A DNA stretch of 64,000 nucleotides from contig JAXMOL010000016.1 in the NCBI GenBank assembly GCA_034669905.1, forward strand, positions 78,358-142,357, written 5' to 3'. This DNA is from Candidatus Hydrogenedentota bacterium (GTDB lineage Bacteria > Hydrogenedentota > Hydrogenedentia > Hydrogenedentales > JAEUWI01). The position numbers were made by a program, and so were the translations under genes. The notes under the pieces are model-generated. The model was not told where the DNA came from, did not search any database, and worked only from the letters and a program-made list of their open reading frames with translations. Each line of letters opens with the position of its first letter. Position 1 is the first letter of the stretch. Shown piece by piece: positions 28,729-40,400 of this stretch.

Positions 28729-29719
28729 AGAACTGCTGACCGTAAAAGACTTGACCAAGCACTTCCCCATCAAAAAGGGGGTTTTCTCCCGTACCGTGGG
28801 GGCTGTTCGCGCCGTCGACGGCATCAGTTTCTCCATCCCCCGGGGCAGCACCCTGAGCCTGGTAGGGGAAAGTGGCAGCGGAAAGACCACGGCGGGACGT
28901 TCGCTCTTGCGATTGATTGAGCCCACGTCCGGCTCCATCGTTTTTGACGGCATTGACCTGACCACCCTGGACACCAAGGGACTGCGCGCCCTCCGAAAAC
29001 GGGTTCAACTGATTTTTCAGGACCCCTTCGGTTCCCTTAATCCGCGCATGACCGTGTACTCGGTGCTCTCCGAAGCGATGAAAACCCACCACATTGGTGA
29101 CCGAGAGAGCCGTCGCAGCCGTTGCTTCGAACTCCTCGAGCTGGTGGGGCTTCCCCCGGAGGCCGCGGACCGGTATCCCCACGAGTTCAGTGGGGGCCAG
29201 CGCCAGCGCATCGGCATCGCACGGGCCCTCGCCGTCGAACCGGAACTGATCGTGGCCGACGAGCCGGTCTCGGCCCTCGACGTCTCCGTCCAGGCCCAAA
29301 TCCTCAACCTGCTGCAGGAACTCCAGGAACGTCTGGGACTTACCTATCTCTTCATCGGCCATGACCTGAGTGTAATCCGACACATCTCCTCCATGGTTGC
29401 TGTTATGTACCTGGGCCGCATTGTCGAGATTGGGACTGTTGAAGACATCTTTGAACACCCGGTCCACCCCTATACCAAGGCCCTGCTGTCCGCTGTTCCA
29501 AAAACCAATCCCGGACGAAATACGCAGCGCACCATTTTGACGGGCGATGTGCCCAGCCCCATCAACCCCCCTTCCGGGTGCCCCTTTCATCCCCGTTGTC
29601 CCGACGCGCAGCCGAGTTGTGCACAACAGGGGGTAAATCTAGTAGAATACAAGGCGGGTCATCGGGTAGCCTGTAATGTACATGCACCGGATGAGTCCGG
29701 GGAGCAACGAGTAGACTAG
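28721..29719 (+). CDS. oppF: peptide ABC transporter ATP-binding protein
   Basis: [36 protein letters not shown]. Start ATG 28721 overlaps the oppD stop. Confidence 0.94.
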   Translation: MAEELLTVKDLTKHFPIKKGVFSRTVGAVRAVDGISFSIPRGSTLSLVGESGSGKTTAGRSLLRLIEPTSGSIVFDGIDLTTLDTKGLRALRKRVQLIFQDPFGSLNPRMTVYSVLSEAMKTHHIGDRESRRSRCFELLELVGLPPEAADRYPHEFSGGQRQRIGIARALAVEPELIVADEPVSALDVSVQAQILNLLQELQERLGLTYLFIGHDLSVIRHISSMVAVMYLGRIVEIGTVEDIFEHPVHPYTKALLSAVPKTNPGRNTQRTILTGDVPSPINPPSGCPFHPRCPDAQPSCAQQGVNLVEYKAGHRVACNVHAPDESGEQRVD

Positions 29720-29812
29720 CGGGGCAAAATACGCTGTCTACAGGACCGTTAGACGATAGATCGCCTTGACGCGATTCGCCCACGTGCGGGCGCGCTGAGG
29801 TTGGAGATTTTC

Positions 29813-30751
29813 ATGCGTTTAGACATAGCGGCATTTAGTGATGTAGGCCGACGTAAAAAGAACAACGAAGATTCCTATGTCGTCGTTCGGGAAGGGGCAA
29901 AGGACCTGCGACTCTTTAAGGAGGGCGCACTGATCTGTGTAGCCGACGGGCTGGGCGGCCATACCGGCGGAGAAATCGCCAGTAAGCTCGCCGTGCGCAT
30001 CATTGGCGAGATCGTCAAGGAAAAGCCCGCCCCACAGAATGGTTCGATTGACGACGACAGCAACGATGGACCCCTGCCCCGCATTCGCAGTTCCATTGAG
30101 CGCGCCAACGAGAGTATCTTCCAGACCAACCGGGATCTCGTTCGGACCCGCCGCCCCATGGGCACCACGGTGCTCACCGGCGTCATCTCCCCCAAGAAAG
30201 TCTACGTGGGCAATGTGGGTGATTCCCGTTGCTATCACATCCGCGAAGGGGAAATTCTGACCCAGACGGAAGACCACTCCTGGGTGGACGAACAGGTGAA
30301 GCTCGGACTCATGTCCAAGGCCGAGGCCGAGACGGACCGGCGCAAGAATATCGTTACCCGCTGCGTAGGCACCCACGAGGAAGTAACCGTGGACACCTAT
30401 CGCTGGCACATCGTGCCCGGGGACATGTTATTGTTCTGCACCGATGGACTCGTCAACATGGTGTCCGACGATGTGATCAAGAAAGAATTCACACGCAACG
30501 GCAGCGCCGCAGAAATCGCCCAGCGCCTGGTCAACCTCGCCAATGAAAACGGGGGTAAAGACAACATCACCGTCGTGGTGGTCAACGTCAGCCCCGCACC
30601 CCTTCGCCTGATTTACATGCGCGCCGCTTCCTTCCTTCGCCGCCGCGGCATCGGACTCGCCTGGGGGCTGGGCATCGCCCTCTTCGGCGTCGTCTCCTTC
30701 TTGCTGGGCTACATACTTCACCCCCACCTGAAGAGCATGTTGCCTTTCTAG
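29813..30751 (+). CDS. PP2C-family Ser/Thr phosphatase (Stp1/PrpC type) with C-terminal TM helix
   Basis: DVGRRKKNNED, VADGLGGH, MGTT, NVGDSR, CTDGL, GGKDNIT, and a hydrophobic tail. Confidence 0.93.
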   Translation: MRLDIAAFSDVGRRKKNNEDSYVVVREGAKDLRLFKEGALICVADGLGGHTGGEIASKLAVRIIGEIVKEKPAPQNGSIDDDSNDGPLPRIRSSIERANESIFQTNRDLVRTRRPMGTTVLTGVISPKKVYVGNVGDSRCYHIREGEILTQTEDHSWVDEQVKLGLMSKAEAETDRRKNIVTRCVGTHEEVTVDTYRWHIVPGDMLLFCTDGLVNMVSDDVIKKEFTRNGSAAEIAQRLVNLANENGGKDNITVVVVNVSPAPLRLIYMRAASFLRRRGIGLAWGLGIALFGVVSFLLGYILHPHLKSMLPF

Positions 30752-31149
30752 GAATCCCACTCCCAATCTATTCACCCTTGCCCGGAGCGCCAACCCCATG
30801 GCCTTCCGGGCAATTTTTTTCGGGGCCTCCAATAGGATGGTATCGCGCCCGAGCACCCCGTGTATTCCGCCGCAACGCCAAGTCCGCTTCCACAGCCCGT
30901 CATAATCCCCCCCCCAACGCGCGTTCCTGTCCCAGTGGCAGAAGCCATACCCACCCGATTTTCAAACGAGAAGTCCCTCCAAGAAGACCAAGTTACGCCC
31001 CTGCTCCACCGGGACATGCTGCCGCCTCAAGGTTCCCCTCCCGACCCACCAGCCACCGTGTGGTCCCAACGCAACCTCCGTCACCACCACATCCCCCTGC
31101 GACAAAACGTCCCTACACGGGACGGCATCACACACGCTTCCCCCGAAAC

Positions 31150-31190
31150 AAAAACGCGCCTGACTCAGAGCATCTCCGAGTCAGGCGCGT
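31150..31190 (-). terminator. intrinsic terminator of the tgt-yajC-secDF operon
   Basis: ACGCGCCTGACTC/GAGTCAGGCGCGT stem with a T-run on the minus strand. Confidence 0.85.
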
Positions 31191-31217
31191 GTACCTGTTT
31201 ACGCGATAGGGTGCCTA

Positions 31218-33917
31218 TCAGCTGCTGGCTTCTTCGCCCTCAGCACCCTCTGCCTTCGCTGCTTTCTTCCGCTTCTTTTTCTTGGAAGAAATATAGCGCT
31301 TGTTGTCGTCGTCCTTCGTGCCGTCCGCAGCGAGCGGTCCCCGGCTGAAGTAGTGATCCCAGACCAGCACCACGGGACTTGCCACGAAGATGGAGGAGTA
31401 GGTACCCACAATCACACCGACCATGAGGGCAAAGGCGAAGTCTTCAATATCCGCACCACCAAACAGGAAGAGCACGACGACCACGAAGAGTGTGGTAATC
31501 GATGTGAGCAGCGTCCGGCTCAGCGTGCTGTTGATGGCGATGTTCACGATCTCACCAAACTTCTTGCCCCGGCCCTTGAACTGTTCCAGGTCTTCACGAA
31601 TGCGGTCAAAGACCACGATTGTATCGTTCAGCGAGTAACCGATGATGGTCAGGATAGCGGCCACCACAGCAAGGTTAATTTCCCGGCCGAAGAGGGCAAA
31701 GACCCCCAGGGTAATCAACACGTCGTGCACCAGGGCCACCACAGCACCCACCGCGAACTTGAGGTGGAAGCGATAGCCGATGTAGAGCACGATAAAGAGG
31801 AGCGACCAGATAACCGCCCAAAGCGCATCGGCGCGAAGCTGGGCGCCAACGGCCGGACCCACCGTCTTCACCGACTCAAAGATCACGTTATCCGGATTGT
31901 CACCCACGAGCGGCGCCAGGGCCGTGTGAATTACCTCGGAAACGGTCTTCGCTTCGTCGCCTTCCAGGGCAGGCAGGGAGACATCACCGACCCGCACCAT
32001 GAATTCGTTTTCCGTAGTATCGGAAATGATGTGCTGTACCTGGGGGCCGTCAAAACCCGCGCCGTTCAGTGCCGTACGCACGTCATCTTCTTTAATCGTC
32101 GTGTCACTCTGAAGCGCCATCCGAACGTTGGTACCCTGGGTGAAATCCACACCCAGCATCTCACCGCTGTTCAGCTTCATGGTGAAGAGTCCAATACCAA
32201 CGACGACCAGCACCGCACTGAGCGTTCCGCTGATGGCGCGCCAGTTCATGAAGGGGATGTGGGTGTCGGGCTTGACCAGACTCATCATCTTCACGGACTT
32301 CAGCTTGCGGCTTTCGAAGAAGAAATCGAAGAGCGCCCGGCTGACGACCAGGGAGGTGAAGACACTGGCGCACACACCGATACTCAAGGTGATGGCGAAG
32401 CCTTCAATGGGGCCCGTACCGAACTGGAGCAGCACGATGGCCGCGATAAAGGTCGTAACGTTGGCGTCCAGAATCGTAACCGCGGCCTTTCCGAAGCCCG
32501 TCTCAATGGAAGACAGCACGGAGTGACCCAGGCGCATCTCTTCGCGGATACGCTCAAAGATAAGGACGTTGGCGTCAACCGCCATACCGATGGTCAGGAT
32601 AAGACCGGCGATACCGGGCAAGGTCAGGGTCATGTCGAAGTAGGCCATGGCCGCCAGCACGAGTACCGCATTCATCAGCAAGGCGACGAGGGCAATACCA
32701 CCCGGCACCATGTAATACACAAGGACGAAGACACCCACCAGGGCCAGACCCCAGAGGGCGGAAGAAATGCCTTTCTTGACGGAGTCGGCACCCAGGGTCG
32801 CGCTCACCACGTCCACCGAGTCGACTTCCACCTCAAGCAACATGGAACCCGAATTCAGCACGATGGCCAGGTCACGGGCTTCTTCGGCATTAAACTGGCC
32901 GGTAATCTGGCCATTGAAATCAATACGTTGGTTAATATTCGGGGCCGACTGCACCACGCCGTCCAGGACGATAGCCATGGGCTTGCCGACGTTCTTCTCC
33001 GTGGCTTCGCCGAAGAGCGTGCCGCCTTCGGTGTTGAAGCTGAAAAGAATGGCCCAGCTCGCGGGATTCTGCGGATCAGGAATGGCCGAGGCCGACGTAA
33101 GGCCCGTGCCCGTCGCGATGGGCTTCTTGTCCAGCACGTAGAGGTCGTAACGCTGCTCCTGGTCCACACGGGGAGCACGGCCAAAGGCGAGCATGGTGTC
33201 TTCTGGAATCACGCCCGGCAGCTGTTCAATCTTAGCGATCATATCCCGGACGGCCTGGTAATTCTCTGGCTTTACCCAGACCATGCCGTCAAAACCGGGC
33301 GCTTCCAGGTAGCTGGAAAATTCGTTGGGGAAGCGGTCTTTCAGGGCACGGAAGACCTGAACCGTCTTGTCCTGACCGGCCACGATGTGGAAGTTCAGGA
33401 GCGCCGTCTTGGTCATGAGGTCCACCGCGCGCTGGGTGTCTTTCTCACCCGGAAGCTGGGCCTGGATCTGGTCCGTACCCAGTTTCTGGATAATCGGCTC
33501 CTTGGCTTCAAACTCGTTAATACGGTTGACGAGCTGCTCGTAGACGGTGTCTTGAACGCGCTCGGCAATTTCCGTGTCGCTGAGGCCGTCATCGTCGCGG
33601 TAGGAAGCCAGCTTCTCGGGGTCCAGGTCCTGCCAGTCGAAACTGACCACCATCTGGATACCGCCCTGGAGATCGAGGCCCAGGTTGATCACCTGGTCCC
33701 GGTCACACTGGGACCAGCGCTTGATTTTGAAAAAGACATCGGAAAAATAGCTGTGAGACTCGCCCGCACGTTCCTTGTCTTCCGCTTCCCAGGTGGCAAT
33801 GCGCGCATTCCGCGTGTCCTGATCCATCACCATCCACCCAATGGTGGGGTAGATGACCAACAAGGCAATAATGATCGCACCCCAGATGAGGACACTGCGA
33901 TAAAGATGTTTTTTCAT
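31218..33917 (-). CDS. secDF: fused protein translocase subunit SecDF
   Basis: LGLDLQGG, GMAVDANVLIFERIREE, GVDFTQG and GYSLNDTIVVFDRIRE in one frame. Confidence 0.96.
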   Translation of the reverse strand: MKKHLYRSVLIWGAIIIALLVIYPTIGWMVMDQDTRNARIATWEAEDKERAGESHSYFSDVFFKIKRWSQCDRDQVINLGLDLQGGIQMVVSFDWQDLDPEKLASYRDDDGLSDTEIAERVQDTVYEQLVNRINEFEAKEPIIQKLGTDQIQAQLPGEKDTQRAVDLMTKTALLNFHIVAGQDKTVQVFRALKDRFPNEFSSYLEAPGFDGMVWVKPENYQAVRDMIAKIEQLPGVIPEDTMLAFGRAPRVDQEQRYDLYVLDKKPIATGTGLTSASAIPDPQNPASWAILFSFNTEGGTLFGEATEKNVGKPMAIVLDGVVQSAPNINQRIDFNGQITGQFNAEEARDLAIVLNSGSMLLEVEVDSVDVVSATLGADSVKKGISSALWGLALVGVFVLVYYMVPGGIALVALLMNAVLVLAAMAYFDMTLTLPGIAGLILTIGMAVDANVLIFERIREEMRLGHSVLSSIETGFGKAAVTILDANVTTFIAAIVLLQFGTGPIEGFAITLSIGVCASVFTSLVVSRALFDFFFESRKLKSVKMMSLVKPDTHIPFMNWRAISGTLSAVLVVVGIGLFTMKLNSGEMLGVDFTQGTNVRMALQSDTTIKEDDVRTALNGAGFDGPQVQHIISDTTENEFMVRVGDVSLPALEGDEAKTVSEVIHTALAPLVGDNPDNVIFESVKTVGPAVGAQLRADALWAVIWSLLFIVLYIGYRFHLKFAVGAVVALVHDVLITLGVFALFGREINLAVVAAILTIIGYSLNDTIVVFDRIREDLEQFKGRGKKFGEIVNIAINSTLSRTLLTSITTLFVVVVLFLFGGADIEDFAFALMVGVIVGTYSSIFVASPVVLVWDHYFSRGPLAADGTKDDDNKRYISSKKKKRKKAAKAEGAEGEEASS

Positions 33918-33985
33918 GGAATAACTCCGCTGCGATTGAGGAACATCGGAAACCGACGTGTAGAAAAAGCCAATCTGGGGACAGA

Positions 33986-34339
33986 TTAGCTCGCGTTTTC
34001 TTCGTCGGTGCTGATTACGTGGGCAATAGAATTGCGGACGAATTTGATGGTGACGTTGTCATCGACGCGCAACACCACATCGGTGTCGTTGATACCGACA
34101 ACCCGGCCACAGATGCCACCAGTGGTGACGACTTCGTCCCCTTTGGACAGGGCATTCAGCATATCCTGCCGCTCGCGATCCCGCTTCTGCTGGGGGCGAA
34201 TGGTCAGGAAATACATGATAAAGATAAAGGCGATCATCAGCGGAGCCATGGACATCAGTCCACCCATGGGGCTGGGGGGTGCCCCCTCCGTCTGAGCCAT
34301 CACCATATGAAGTACTTCAATGCTGCTCGCTAGATTCAT
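33986..34339 (-). CDS. yajC: preprotein translocase subunit YajC
   Basis: YFL.IRPQQKR and GDEVVTTGGI.G motifs; lies between tgt and secDF. Confidence 0.96.
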   Translation of the reverse strand: MNLASSIEVLHMVMAQTEGAPPSPMGGLMSMAPLMIAFIFIMYFLTIRPQQKRDRERQDMLNALSKGDEVVTTGGICGRVVGINDTDVVLRVDDNVTIKFVRNSIAHVISTDEENAS

Positions 34340-34358
34340 CGTGATACAGTCTTAACTT

Positions 34359-35501
<1,143 letters not shown>

Positions 35502-35742
35502 TTACATGGAGAACCCGCAATTATGCCCCAAGACACCGCGCACACGCAATGTGAGGCACCGGGAACATCGGGAAGCCTGCCACCATGACCCACACGACCC
35601 GCCCGTGGCAGTGACCGTGCCCTTTCAGGTAAAATAAGGCCACTCCCGACACATCCCGTGGTCGGCCATGCCCCTGCCCGCCAGATATCGCGGGTACCAA
35701 CAACACGATCCCCCACCTTGGGCGGGGTCACCGAAAGCCATC

Positions 35743-36042
35743 ATGATTGAACTGAACAGCTCCCAGCGCAAGTACCTCCGTAAAGTGGGCCACCACCTCG
35801 ATCCCCTCATCATCATCGGAAAACAGGGCCTCACCGACATGCTCGTTCGTGCCGTCTCCGAGGCGTTGGAGCACCACGAACTGGTCAAAGTCCGTTTCAA
35901 TGAGTTCAAAGACGAAAAACGGGAGCTCACCGACGAGCTCGTCCGCCGCACCGGAAGCCAGGTCGCCGGTATGATCGGACACGTGACCCTGCTCTACAAA
36001 GAGCAACCCGATGAAGAAAAGCGAAAGATCATTTTTCCCTGA
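35743..36042 (+). CDS. yhbY: YhbY/CRM-domain RNA-binding protein
   Basis: QRKYLR..GHHLDP...IGKQGL, HELVKV, IGHV.LLY. Confidence 0.93.
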   Translation: MIELNSSQRKYLRKVGHHLDPLIIIGKQGLTDMLVRAVSEALEHHELVKVRFNEFKDEKRELTDELVRRTGSQVAGMIGHVTLLYKEQPDEEKRKIIFP

Positions 36043-36077
36043 GTGCGGGCCCAGGTCGCCCCGTCAGATACCATGAG

Positions 36078-36114
36078 AAATCCCCGCTCCGATTGCTGTC
36101 GGAGCGGGGATTTT
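36078..36114. terminator. probable bidirectional terminator between yhbY and the sialidase-like gene
   Basis: AAATCCCCGCTCCGA/TCGGAGCGGGGATTT perfect stem between convergent genes. Confidence 0.85.
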
Positions 36115-36143
36115 ATGGATCGCTGGTCGGTGGGACCGGGCGA

Positions 36144-37307
36144 CTACTCGATACGCAGTATCGTGCCCGCAATGTGACGCGTGCCGTTTCCTACGTTAAA
36201 GTAGTAAGTGACAAGCACACGGCCATCGGCCATCATGGTCGCCCAGGGATAGCCCAGGTCACTGCCGCCACCGTCTTCCCGCAATACAATCTCTTTGGAC
36301 TCTTTGAAGTCCGTGCATTCGGGATTCAGGATACGGGCCCGAATGCCCATGGGTTTGTGACGGTAGCCGTAGACCAGTAAGACCCGGCCATCGGGGAGAC
36401 GCAGGGGAAAGTGGGGATGGCCCTGGAAGCCCGCATCTTCCCACGTAAAGGATTCGCCGCCGTCGGTCGAACGGGCGATGACCGTGTGGTCATCAAATTT
36501 GGCCGTCCGAATAAAGGTGACGATATCCCCCTTGGGGGTTTCGTAAATCGAGGCTTCGTTAAAGGCGATTTCGGGATCCTGCGCGATGGGCGACCGGTAA
36601 TCCCAGGTCAGCCCCCCGTCGTCTGAAGTCAGCAGGTGATTCTCCGTGCGTCGGCCCTTGTCATCGAAGACGTGCCGGGCTACCGCCCAGAAAATGCGGC
36701 CACTCTTGCCCTGGTACATGCTGCCCCGGTTGTAGGCGGGCACGGGCGTGTTGAAGGCCGTCTTCGTGTCGTTGCCCGGAAGGGTCGGGGGCAAGATCAA
36801 ATCGGACCAGCTATCTCCCCCGTCCGTCGAACGCACGAGATAACCGCCAAAGAATACGAATTTCCCCGCGCTGACCACATTGCCCCAGCTCTTCCACGTC
36901 TCATCGCGGGGCAAGGCCCAGCCATAGCTGGCAACCAGCAGGGAATCGTCGGCCAACTGAATCATGCAGGGATCCTGCGAACCACCAAAGGGGTGGGCCA
37001 GGATAAGCCCCGGGTCGGTCGTCCAGCTCTCGCCATTGTCCGTCGATCGCACTTCCACCAGATAACTGTTGGGATCCGTGTGGTTGGTGCTCTTTTCCCC
37101 GAAGACCGCGCGGTTGGGGGCCCGCCGAAAAGCGACGATGAGTTCCCCATCGGGGCGCCGCACCACGGACGGGAAGGCACTGTGGAAGTTGTCATCGGAA
37201 TAGATGAGGACGTCTTTTTCTTTCACCAGCGTGGCGGGCTCCGCGAATGCGCCCGCCATCCCGGTCAGGACAGTGAGTGCGGCAAACAGGGGTAGTATCA
37301 TTTTCAT
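36144..37307 (-). CDS. secreted sialidase-family (BNR/Asp-box) protein
   Basis: Signal peptide, four S.D.G.(S/T)(W/F) Asp boxes, DLGYP motif. Confidence 0.88.
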   Translation of the reverse strand: MKMILPLFAALTVLTGMAGAFAEPATLVKEKDVLIYSDDNFHSAFPSVVRRPDGELIVAFRRAPNRAVFGEKSTNHTDPNSYLVEVRSTDNGESWTTDPGLILAHPFGGSQDPCMIQLADDSLLVASYGWALPRDETWKSWGNVVSAGKFVFFGGYLVRSTDGGDSWSDLILPPTLPGNDTKTAFNTPVPAYNRGSMYQGKSGRIFWAVARHVFDDKGRRTENHLLTSDDGGLTWDYRSPIAQDPEIAFNEASIYETPKGDIVTFIRTAKFDDHTVIARSTDGGESFTWEDAGFQGHPHFPLRLPDGRVLLVYGYRHKPMGIRARILNPECTDFKESKEIVLREDGGGSDLGYPWATMMADGRVLVTYYFNVGNGTRHIAGTILRIE

Positions 37308-37420
37308 GGGAAAAACCTCGTAGATTGGGGGGGCGGGCAAGTTGTTATAACCAATTATACGAGGCGCGCCGTGCAATTTCAACCGGCAGAGCTCCCCTCA
37401 CACTCCACGGGATTCACGTA

Positions 37421-40400
37421 TCAGCCGCTGGCAGAGCGACGCATCTCCGGCCTCTTCCCCAACACGGCGTGCAATACCGTAAGCAATTCGGATGGAGGCA
37501 AAGGCTTTCGAAGCACCTGGACAACACCGATGGAATCAGGGAGGGCGAAATCCTGCCCTTCCGTCATACCCGTTGAAATCAAAATGGGCATGTCGGGATT
37601 CGCGGCATGCAACGCCGTGGCCAACGCTACGCCCGTCATTTCGGGCATGGTATAGTCCACAATGGCGAGGTCGAAGGCCAGGGGGTCAGACCGCACGTGC
37701 TCCAGTGCCTTTTCTGCGTTGGTGAAGCCCATGGACTCAAACCCCTTCTTCTTCAACACCATCGTCATGAGACTTACGATGGGCTCTTCGTCGTCCACAA
37801 TTAAAATCGAACCGCTCCCTTGGGAAACACGCGCTCTCGCGGGCACGCTCCGTTCCGCGGGCAAGAAGCGGGCGTCCAGCAACGGTAGATAGATGTGGAT
37901 GGTACACCCGGAGCCGACGACGCTTTCCACCTGAATTCCGCCCCCCATCCGGGCGATGATTCCGTGGACGGTTGCCAGCCCCAATCCCGTACCCTTTCCC
38001 TTATGCTTGGTCGTAAAAAAGGGATCAAAAATATGGTCCTGAATATCTTTCGGAATCCCAACGCCGGTATCTGAAACCATGATGTGGGCATAGTCCCCAG
38101 CCTTCAGGGCGCCCGCTCGGGTCTCCATATGCTCCTGTAAGTCCACGCGCTCAAGGGAAACACGCAATGTGCCACCGCGTTCCTCCATCGCATGAAAGGC
38201 GTTGGTCGCCAGGTTGCTGATGACCTGATGGAGCTGCGTCGGATCCCCGGAGATGGTGCACTGGGTCTCGCACAATCGCGCCTCGATCTGAATCGTGACC
38301 GGGAGCGACCCGCGCAAGAAGGCCAACACCTCCTGAACGATGGGGCGCAGGTCCATGGTTCGATACGACACCACCGAATCCCGGCTGAAGGTGAGAATCT
38401 GTTCTACGAGACTTGCTGCGCGAAAGGCGCCCTTATCGATTTCTCCGATACAGTCATCCAGCATTTCGACTTTGCGATCGGCGATATGTTGCCGCGCCAT
38501 TCCGCTAAATCCCATAATCGCCTGCAGAATATTGTTAAAGTCGTGGGCAATACCGCCTGCGAGCGTTCCCAGTGACTCCATTTTCTGAGATTGGAGCAAC
38601 TGGTGCTCCAATGCCGCTTGTCGGGTCATATCGTGAATAATAACGGTAAAGAAGCGTTCGGCATTAACCTCAAACTCGCCCACACTGAAGCTGATGGGAA
38701 AGGAGTGTCCGTCGCTACGCAGGCCGCGGGCTTCCCGGTCCTGCGACCGTCGGGCCAGTCGTTTCACGCACGACAGGGTGTCCAAGGATTCATCCGGTTG
38801 GGGTGTGCAAAGCAACTGCGAAATCTTCATTCCGACCAGGGCATCGCGCTGACGGGCAAACAGTAATTCTGCGGCGGCGTTCGCGCTATCGATGAGCCCC
38901 GACTCATCAAAGGTGATGATGGCATCCACTGCGCTCTCCACAATGGCGGTTGAGCGGGCACCCAGCGCCAGGCGTTCCGCTTCCGCCCGCTTTCGCTCGG
39001 TGATATCCCGAATGACCGTAATCACGTGGGTAACCGTGTTTTCCTCGCCCATAACGGGAACCAACTGCACGTCCCCGTAGATCTCCCGGCCGTCGATGCC
39101 ATAGATGATCAGTTCCGAAGCGTAGGGCTGTTCCTGTTCGAGATGACGCGTCAGACGCTCGGTCTCTGACCGGTCCGTGTTCGGCCCCCGCAATACCCCG
39201 AGCCCCCCGGTGTCAATGTCTTCCAGCCGGTAGCCCGTCATTCGGGTAAAGCCTTCGTTTACAAATCGCGGCAAGGGCCCCGTGTCGCTGACAGGGCGAG
39301 CATCTGAAATGATGACCGCGTCATTCGTGTGGGTTATCACCGACTCCAGAAGGCGCAAATGGGCCTCAGTCCGTTTCCGGTCGGTGATATCCTGGATCGT
39401 TCCAAGCAAACGGACCGTTTTCCCGTCCACCACCACCGGCTCACAAATACTCCGGACCCAACGGTCGGTCCCCTTATGCGTCATGGCCCGGTGCTCCAGA
39501 TCCACGGAGGCACCGTGCTCCAATGCACCCAGGATCTGCGCTCTCAAAATCGCGCGATCGTCGGGATGACAATACTGGAGTGACCGCTCCAGATCGGGGG
39601 TATAGTCTGGCGGGCGGTCAAAGATCCGTCCCGTTTCTTCGGTCCAATACATGGTGTCACTGGGCACGTCATATTCCCACCCCCCCACCTGGGCAATACG
39701 TCCGGTCCGATTGAGGCGCTGTTCACTTTCCCTCAGGGAGATTTCCGCCTGCTTCCGAGCGGTGATATCCCGCGTTACCCCCAGAAGGCCCGAGAGCACA
39801 CCGTTTTCATCGCGCAATACGGTCACGGCGACTTCTGCGGGGAATACCGTCCCATCCTTTCGATACAACGCCAACTCCAGCACTTCCAGTGCGTCGGTAT
39901 CATCAAAACTGGACGAGGCCGAATCCAGAAGTGAATGGGTAAACTCATAGACTTTCTCTTCCGTTCCTTCCGGGCCTAACTCGGCCGTTTCCAGTGCCAT
40001 TGCTTCGGCGACCGTATACCCCCGCACCCGCTGAACCGACGGGCTGATATAGGTCATCTTCATATCCAGATCGGCCGTCCAGATTATATCGCTCACGTTC
40101 TCCGCCAGGATGCGATAGGTAGACTCCCGTTCACGAAGAGCACGTTCTGCCTCCGTCTGGACGGTCACATCCTGGACTGTACCACTCAACTTCACCAACT
40201 GCTCCCGGACACACTGCGGACGGCACATCAGCCTCACCCAACGATGGACTCCGTTGGCCGTCGTCATACCCAAGGTCAAATCGAAGGGCTCCCCGTGGCT
40301 CTTGGCCCGCGCAATGGCCCCTTCCAGTCGGTCCCGCCCAGGGTGGTCGTAGAAATCCAACAAGTCCGGTGACACGGTGGCCGTCGCGGGATTCAGGTCA

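Noticed and set aside
30860..31348. 162-aa Pro-rich ORF between the phosphatase and secDF
   Set aside because: Low-complexity composition, no RBS, and it runs through the terminator into secDF antisense.
31353..33989. 878-aa plus-strand ORF, and similar long antisense ORFs (8594-9808, 12820-14001, 18438-19913, 56670-58127)
   Set aside because: Shadow ORFs opposite well-supported genes (secDF etc.), produced by high-GC codon bias; no motifs of their own.
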